A stretch of DNA of 64,000 nucleotides from Ramazzottius varieornatus (Eukaryota; Animalia; Tardigrada). The translations under genes were made by a program, and so were the position numbers. Positions 55,843 to 64,000 of this stretch are shown here, piece after piece. The stretch lies in assembly GCA_001949185.1 (NCBI GenBank), contig BDGG01000002.1:4392448-4456447 (forward strand), read 5' to 3'. The notes below the pieces were generated by a model. That model did not search any database. It was not told where the DNA came from and saw nothing but the letters and a program-made list of their open reading frames with translations. Numbering within the stretch: the stretch's first letter is position 1; the number at the start of each line of letters is the position of its first letter.

Positions 55843-56797
55843 CCGCTAGCCCACGCTCGAGACTTGTCATGCATACTCCTAAGAACTTGTGTGATAATAA
55901 TAAGTGCTGTCGCAGACATGTCTTGGCACTGTGCAAAAGAATTTCTGCACTTCTTTAATCGTCCATGATTTTGTGAGCTGCAATGCTGCTGCATGCACGC
56001 GGTATAATATGTCACGTTACAGTTCACAAGGGAGTGACATTTAAGCAGGAAGTCCCTGGAGCCTGGAGAGCGAAGTAGCGCTGCTCCCCGCTGCGGTCGA
56101 CCTCAGTAGCAAAATGATGTCGCTGCGTTTAACCTCTTTGTGTCGAAAGAGTTATCCGGGTTGTCGTTAACAAGCAGTTTCCACCTTGACGAACGAAACT
56201 ACTACAGTGCAGTCCCGAGAGTCTTACCACTGCTTTGTGGTCTTGCTTATGAACTGTATCGATCAAAACGGTCGCATAATTCCGGGCAGGCTGCGCCACC
56301 TAGGGTGATATACGGCTGAGTGCGCCAGCATCAGACCGTACAATATTATGCAGGGCGATGCAGATACAAAAATTTAATTACGTAATCATACAAGCTAGAT
56401 CCATATTGGCCATATTGCGGTGTCACATCAGCGGTGGGCTGGACAATTGCGACGATCTGGATACTGAATTCTGACAACTTATCCAGTTGGTAGACTGGTC
56501 GGACTGAAACTGTTGTGGATGGAAGTATGATAGGCGACAGTGTGTGTGTGTAGACATGGACTTCGTCCTGCAATAATCGCTAGATGGTTCATTCTAGTGA
56601 TATGATTATTGTAATAATTGTATCCATGGGTCGATTTAGCTGACTCACCTTAGTCACCTATGCCGACCGATACGCTACTTTTATTGCTCTGTAAACCATG
56701 GATGCCTTCGGCAATACTGTACTGCATGCTGCGGAAGTGCGGATCATTGTAATTGGAGTTTGGAGACACCAGCGGATCGGCTCGTAGAGTTTCGATA

Positions 56798-58968
56798 ATG
56801 ATATTACCACAGCCTCCACTTCCCGTGGAGTCCGGTGAAGGTTGGACAGGCAATGCCAGCATTCCCCAGTGGAATTTCTTCGGCCCGGATAAGTTTGACG
56901 TCTTCCATTTACGTGCCTTGTTCTACCTTGTGACGCCGAAAGAAGTAGCCAACCTTACCGGACCAAACCACAATCTGTCTTATGCCGAAGAAGCTCACCA
57001 CGTACAGGACGTCTTCTCCGATGTAAGCTGCTTCAGTATGCCGGATATTTCAGCCATGGTATTAAGTACTTGTAGTTGTATCCTTTTTTTTATAGACCAT
57101 CCCAGTCTTCATGGTGTTATGTCTGATAGAGGCTGTAGTCTCCTTCATCGTCACCGGACGGCTCTTCCCAGTCAGTGATACCATCACATCATGGAGTGCA
57201 GGACTTCTGTCGCATATGACAAAGTACGATGAAGAATAAGTTGGGAAAATTGTTTACATATGTTGTCCCATAGTTTCTGTTATACAGAATATGTGTAAAG
57301 ACGCTGGATGTGGGACTCTACACATGGCTCTTCACACACTATCGGCTGACCATCATACCGATAGACACTTGGTGGGCATGGGCAGCTGCTCTACTGGTAA
57401 GCGAACAATATTCCTTTCTCGCAGAATCATATCGATTATTTTAGGGAGTCATCTCTGAAATTATTCCATATTTCAGGCGACAGACTTCGGATACTATTGG
57501 TTTCACCGCGCAAGCCACGGTTGGTACTCTCAGTTAGTTTATGTTCTCCTTTCTGTATTCCGAAGAGATTTCTTAAACTTGAAAGTCCCTGTGTTGTAGA
57601 AATAAATCTGTTTTGGGCAGCCCACCAAGTGCACCACAGTTCCGAAGAATTCAACTTCAGCGTAGCATTGCGGCAAAGCGTGGTGTCCAACTTTGGAGCA
57701 TGGGTCTTCTACCTACCCATGGCCCTTTTAGGATTCACTCCAGCCACTTTCCTCATCCACCACCAACTAAACTTACTGTAAGGACGAGAAGCCCGCTGTA
57801 CCTAATATCCGTCAGCGCCCATGCCGAATTCCCAACCGGAAGTGTCGTCGCTGCAGGTAGATAACAAAATTACAGGGTGATGTTTTTAGGTACCAGTTCT
57901 GGATACACACATCTCTAATCAAGTAAGCCCTTCTCAGCTGATAACGGCGACCGACTGGACAACTGTCAACAGAATGCACGATCCTCCTTTAGGAACCTGG
58001 GGCCGTTGGAATGGATTTTAAACACACCGTCGCATCATCGCGCGCACCATGGTCGCAACCCGCTGTACATTGATATTAATTACGGAGGAGTGTTGATCAT
58101 TTGGGATCGTCTGTTTGGTACCTTCATTCCGGAGAACGAGAAGGAACCGGCATTGTATGGACTGGTGGGTCGGCTGGAGAGCCACAACGCCGTGTGGGTC
58201 CAGGTGTTACGGTTGGCCGAAATCAGGCGCCGTATCGCCGCGAATACTTCTCTGGGCGATAAGATTAGCGCGGCTCTCAAGGGTCCACGTTGGCGACCGG
58301 GTTTGCCATTCTTTGGTTTACTCGACCGTACTATACCCATCGCGAAGAAAGAAGAGCATCCGGAACGGAAATATCAGTCAAAGGTAACCACCGAAAAATT
58401 GGTTTAGTAAAACTATCATGGAAAAACGCTGCAAAAAGGTGAACAGTACTTGAATCAAACGTCTAGAACGTTACGAGTGATATGGACCAAACCCCAAAGA
58501 GGAGTGATTATCCAGTTTTTGGACAGTGATTTACTGAGTACAAGTTGCTGTGCGTTTTAGGTACCCCGGTGGCAAAAAATATACGCCACGATCCACTTTC
58601 TGACCGTCATGCCATGGTTCTTGGCTATGTTGCGCGGATATGAGAACCACGAGCCGTACTCGACGTCGGAAACCCTCTTAACATTCGTACACATGACGAT
58701 ATCGCTGGCCAACATTGGCTCGGTCTTCGATGGACGCAGCTGGATCCCGTTGACAGAAACAGCTCGGTGTGCTTTCTTGTTTTTATTCTTCAACTTTTTA
58801 CCCGGTCTTGAAGACGAGTACGAATATATGAGGAGTATCATGCGAACGGTGTTGCTACTTTCGGTGTTTCTATGGCCGGTGCGGCATTATTTGACGACTA
58901 CCAGTGCTCATGCAGCAACGCCTGCCAATGGTCCTTCCGTTGTTACCAAAGTTGAAAAGTCGAAGTGA
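56798..58968 (+). CDS. AGMO: Alkylglycerol monooxygenase (TMEM195), BH4-dependent ether-lipid cleaving enzyme, multi-exon
   Basis: LRALFYLVTP N-terminal motif; His boxes YYWFHRASH, WAAHQVHHSSEEFNFSVALRQS, YQFWIHT, EWILNTPSHHRAHHGRNPLYIDINYGGVLIIWDRLFGTF; C-terminal NIGSVFDGR..ETARC. Confidence 0.92.
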
Positions 58969-59517
58969 TAATATTCCTTTTCTCGAATTCCTATATATTT
59001 TTCTTTCACTGCGCTGCAGTATCGATAGAATGACCGATAGCAGCTTACGGTGGCAGGTGTCTGGGAGTGTCGAAAATATCCCGACTTTGAATGCCTTTCC
59101 GAAACAATTTTCTGACGCGGTGGTTCTGCTCGATGATGACCCTGTCTTCGTTGAACCACGACGATGTGAAGCGAACTACGACGTAAGCGGCGGACTGTTG
59201 TACGTTGCATAGATAAGGCCCGGACCAATAGTTTCTCATGCAATCGATGGTCGAAAATGAATGCGAAATCTACATTCTGCCATAATACTGGACTTCAGAC
59301 TTCCGCCTAGTTCGGTAATGCTGGATAAGATTCCATTGTTCTGAAGATATTTAATAATATGTCCCCGTCAAGATTATGAGACACCCGGCCAGAACCCAGC
59401 CCATCACCCGGTATAAAACATCCAGAATGGATCCACAATCGGCAGTTCCATCGGTACTCCGGCTTTCCGCTAGTTATCTTGTTCGGTACGTAGTCTCCGT
59501 TGCTCATATCGTCCATC

Positions 59518-60576
59518 ATGCCTATTTTCGGTTTTTCGGATTCGCTAAACGACAAGGGGGAAAGGTCGCTGTCAGCCAGCAAGTCTATCGACGCCAAGTT
59601 GGACGCCCTGCAGAATATCGGCAGCCATGATGACGACGGCGATACCGAGTCCCTGCCCAAGATGTCACGAGAGCTTGCTCTTCCCTTAATGGCCGAAAGC
59701 TACCGCGGTCTTCTGACCAGTCTCGGTGAGAACGTCACACGGGAAGGCTTGCTCAAGACGCCGGAACGCGCGGCGAAAGCCCTGCTGTTCTTTACCAAAG
59801 GGTACGAGGAGAAGATTTCAAGTACGTGATAGGGAAACTGATGCTGTATAAAAGGATGTTAGGCATTCGCGTAATGGTTTACTGGCAAAGAATATCCAAC
59901 TGTAGTTCACATTGAAAGATCGTCTTGTGCTGGGTTACCTCACCGAAATTTGATACGTTACTTTCTACTTTCAGACATCCTTAACGATGCAGTCTTTGCC
60001 GAAGACCACCAAGAAATGGTCATCGTCAAAGATATCGAAGTCTTCTCAATGTGCGAGCATCACATGGTTCCTTTCTTCGGGAAAGTCCACGTTGGCTACC
60101 TCCCTAAAGGCCAAGTCATTGGCTTGAGCAAGATCGCCCGGATCGTCGAAATCTTCAGTCGACGTCTCCAAGTACAGGAACGTCTGACAAAACAGATCGC
60201 CGTGGCTCTTAATGGTAGGTCTTCACCTCCTTTAACCAAATTCTACTACTACTGGGGAGTTTGTAATCTGCAGAAGCCGTGAAACCCTCGGGCGTGGCTG
60301 TCGTGATGGAATGCGCGTAAGTATTGGTCGTTCCGCAGCGATGTCATACGCAAATACAGCGCTGCAAGTTCGACTGTGTCTGTAGATTGAGAAGGAGGTT
60401 CTTCACTTTCCGAATATCAAACTTGATGGCCTGTTTGTTTTTTCACTAGGCACATGTGCATGGTCATGCGTGGTGTGCAGAAGAACAACGCCAAGACGAT
60501 AACCAGCTCCGTAGTGGGCAACTTCCGTGATGATCCTAAAACCAGAGAGGAGTTTTTGCACCTCATCAAGGGCTAA
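59518..60576 (+). CDS. GCH1: GTP cyclohydrolase I (Punch/cat-4 homologue); true start may lie in an upstream exon near 59376-59453
   Basis: [103 protein letters not shown]. Confidence 0.95.
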
Positions 60577-60711
60577 TATCCTGTCCCCTGTACTTCCGTA
60601 GGTTCGCTTTCAGTTGTAGTAAGTTAGTTTCATGAGTTATGGGCGCGTTACGAAGTTCTTACGGAAGATTTCATGTGAGGTCGTAGTACAATACTCTTGA
60701 GCAAGATGCAG

Positions 60712-60717
60712 AATAAA
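60712..60717 (+). promoter_or_regulatory. Candidate polyadenylation signal of GCH1
   Basis: AATAAA ~135 nt after the stop codon. Confidence 0.45.
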
Positions 60718-61005
60718 ACGCATGGCATAAAACAAGTAACTTGGTACAAATCGGAGAGGACAAAACCAAAACCATGCATTTCATGAGATGAGAAGGAAAC
60801 TATGCAGTGATAAAAAAGCAGCTACGAAATAGGACGGAAGGTAGAACGGCACAGAAAATAGCTGCGAGCGAAGAACACAGTGAGTAAAAATCAAAATCAC
60901 ATTCATTTCAGAGCTCCTCCTCAGAGGCAAGGGAGCGTTCTAGAGATAAAAAAAAGAAGAAGAAGGCAGTACAAAGGGGAACAGAGACGCCGAGAGGTCT
61001 CGACG

Positions 61006-63913
61006 TCAAGTTCGATATGTGCGTATGATATCTTTGATTTCTGATCGACAAATTGGACATGTCTTGCCCTTCCGGAAATGCGACATAGCACACTCGTAGC
61101 ACATCACCTGATGCCCGCAAGTATACACCACCGAGTTTACCTGCAAGAAAGCACAGCTTTGAAAGATACCTTGCCATCACGACCAGAAGATTCAAAGATG
61201 AATACAGAGCTGGAGAAACGAGGCGGACACAACTTCACAAACCGGCATACACGAACACCACAGTAAACTGTGTACCCAATGTGTGTAGGTGCGTGAGAGA
61301 CAGTTCTTACTTGATTTTCGAAGCAGATACAGCATTCTTCCGCACCAGGTGCTGTCGGCAACGATGCGCTTCTTTCCACCGAAGATCTCATCACGTTACC
61401 CGTAGCCGCCGCGGTGCTAGCAGCTCTATTCAGAATACCCGCACCGCCAATGCTCATCGTCGGGCCTTTCTGCGCTGTACCGCTATTGTTCTTTCGAGGC
61501 GGCAGATCCACCGTCAGGTCGATCAAGTCCCTGGTGATGCTACTTATACTGGCCCCAGCAGTAACTCTACTCGTTGAAGAGACTGAAGCATTTAGTGAAG
61601 GCTGGGGTATGGAGCTAGTACTGACTGAAGGACGAGGAGCCGTGCTTGAAGTAGTGAAGACTGCTGTGGTTGTTCTTCGTGGAGCAGGCGTAGTTCGGAC
61701 TGCCGAAGGGGAAGGCGTAGAAGTAACGGCTGGACGACTTGGAGTGACGGAAGGCCGAGACGATGCAGTAGTGGTGGGAGGCGTTGAAGAAAAGCCTGGA
61801 AGACATAAAACTAGAATTAACAAGTTAAAACTCAAATATCAGGCCGAAAATTGCTATGGACGAAGTAGGAACAAGAGTCAGGAAATTTGAAGACATTGCC
61901 TACCGAGTAAGGAAATCTGACGAGTAGTCCCATACAGTTCGAAAAAGATGTAGAAGTGTTGAGAAGAGTCGACAAAGAGGAAGTTCGTAGCTTTGTTATT
62001 ATTGCGGCTAATCTGAACGGCGCCATCACGCTTGATGGTGAAGGCAAACTCGTCGTCCTTCTTTGGTCGGGTGGCTACGTCCTTGGCCACTATCCAATAT
62101 TCTGGACGGTCAAGCAACGAGTCGGCATCATCAGGCAAATTACCCTGTTCAGACAACCACATGTATGGATACTTTAGTTTCTTCGGGCTTTCATTGATAT
62201 TTGGAACTGCCTGCTGGCACGGACCTGACAGAGAGCAGTAGGTGAGCAAGTGGTTAAGCCGAACGCTAGTCCCCCGTCAAAGTCCCAGTCATTCTCGTCA
62301 ATCCTGACGATCAAAGTCTGGTTGATCGGTATTGTATTAGGCAGGAATACATAACCGTTGTTAAACTCTCCCGGAGCGAGCCTCGCAGACCGGCCTTCCT
62401 CGACCAGTCGGACATTGCGACCGGTCAGCTCCTTGTAGAACCGCACTGGACGGAGAGTCAGGCTGGAGAAGTGCGTCGAGCGGAAACGTGTGCTTTCTTT
62501 ACGAGAGACTACAACGGCTGGCGAGCTTGAACTTTGCGTAGGAGCGGGAGAAAAAGTAGATGTCCGGGAGGCGGATTGAGCAGAAGCAGGAGTGGCCGCG
62601 GGTGAGGTAAGGTCTTCTGCGCGGAGGAGTACTTGACGGTGTTTCAGGCCCATCAGAATGTTCCGACCGGGAGACGTCATAGTTGGACGACTTGTGAGGT
62701 TGTTTAGAACTGCAGAGTCTGCGAAAGAATGAATTATTCAGTCGAGAAGTCGGGCGAAGAGAAACCCTGACCACACCACCTGCATACTCTACCCAAGAGC
62801 TTGGGTGTACTTCAGTGTATGTACGTGGATAGTGTACTATAGTGCAGCGGAAGTATTCGTAGATGTGATGTATTAATAAAGCTTGCCAGCCCAAGGAAAG
62901 TACTTATACCAAGAAGTTCAATAGCGACGGTTGTGCCGTATATGTCGAAGACGGCCCATATGGGCACGTTTCGTAGTGCCACGAAGGGGGACAGGTCGAA
63001 GGCAATGCCTTTACAGACACCGTTGACTCCAAACACGATAGTGCCGTTCTCCAGACACTGGAAATGTACGACTTTGTCGAGACCAGCACAGGACTCTGGC
63101 AATGGCTTCGCCCAAAAACCTAAAGCAAAACCAGTCAGCCTCCAGATAGGATCAGCACGTATCCCACCAACCACATAGAATGATCAGCTTTAATGATTGG
63201 AACATCTCACCTAGTCGACTGGTCAGATCTGGGCACAAATAGAGCGTAGAAGCAACATCGCCCACTTCGGCTGGGTTGTGCGTGGTCAGCCCAATTCTCA
63301 AGGCACCGCTCCACTGTTGCTGCTTGCTAGACTGCTCCTTTATCCGGAAACAAACCATCTCGTACAGCTCGAGAGGTCGACTGGAGAAAACGATTCCTGT
63401 GACATAGTCAAACAACATCAGAGTTCGCCATACGCATATATACATGAAAGTGGCGCATAGTCACAGCATACAATAATACGAAACGCGCGAGTCGATCGAG
63501 GCAGTGCAGCACTGGACATAGTACAGCATGCCATAAAGCTATGCCACGCCATACAGCCCCAAACAGTACAGATCACTCCGATCAACTCGCGCACCAGCCA
63601 ACAACGTACAGACAGCGCAGTGCGTTAGTTGAACAGGACGATACGAGACAATGCTGATCAAGTACCATATTCAATCAAATGAGTTACCTTTGCAGTAACT
63701 GCGCACTCGTCGAGCGACGGTTCCATCAGGGCTGATTTCCACATGTTCTCCATGTTGAGGATGAAACTGTAGCGGAGAAGCAGGGATCCGCGATGGGATG
63801 GAGAAGGCAGCCGAGGAAGAAAGAGAGTTTGGAACGGTGAAATCGGACTCTGCGGAGATAAAGGGATTTGTGCCACGACTGGCTTCTACTCCGGTGCTCT
63901 GGACGTTTCCCAT
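61006..63913 (-). CDS. neur: Neuralized E3 ubiquitin ligase (two NHR domains + C-terminal RING), multi-exon
   Basis: MGNVQS (myristoylation-like start); NHR1 PLQFHPQHGEHV..ARRVRSYCK|GIVFSSRPL..WSGALRIGLTTHNP, GFWAKPL, WAVFDIYG; NHR2 GGLAFGLTTCSP, LPDDADSLLDRPEYWIV; RING ECCICFENQ|VNSVVYTCGHQVMCYECA..CPICRSEIKDIIRTYRT*. Confidence 0.93.
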
Positions 63914-64000
63914 TCGGCTTACTGCGAGAAAGAGGGCTGAGGACATTCAATGGACATCAGGCACGCGATTTTTTAAAATTATACAATCATGTTTACTTAC

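Overview
Eukaryotic (invertebrate) genomic DNA, gene-dense, with many short GT-AG introns of about 55-100 nt. The compactness and gene set fit a small-genome ecdysozoan such as a tardigrade (inference only). Genes in order: an SLC16/MCT transporter whose last exon runs into an arylsulfatase (+); an OS-9-like ER lectin (-) that I splice by hand into 18 phase-consistent exons (~2,020 aa) with a large internal repeat expansion; a ~12.5 kb transposon island (intron-containing Tigger-like transposase, several MITEs, and a nest of pogo > Tc4/Tc5-like > DD37D maT); a stand-alone Ebony C-terminal-domain gene; bark beetle/anakonda; ABCC1/MRP1-like; SLC26/prestin-like; AGMO directly followed by GTP cyclohydrolase I; and neuralized (-). 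A ~80-bp palindromic element recurs in seven introns, five of them in OS-9. The best candidates for new biology are the possible in-frame MCT-arylsulfatase fusion, the giant modular OS-9 with hairpin-bearing introns, the stand-alone Ebony CT enzyme, and the AGMO-GCH1 enzyme/cofactor pair. Exon boundaries were read by eye and family assignments come from recalled motifs, not database searches.
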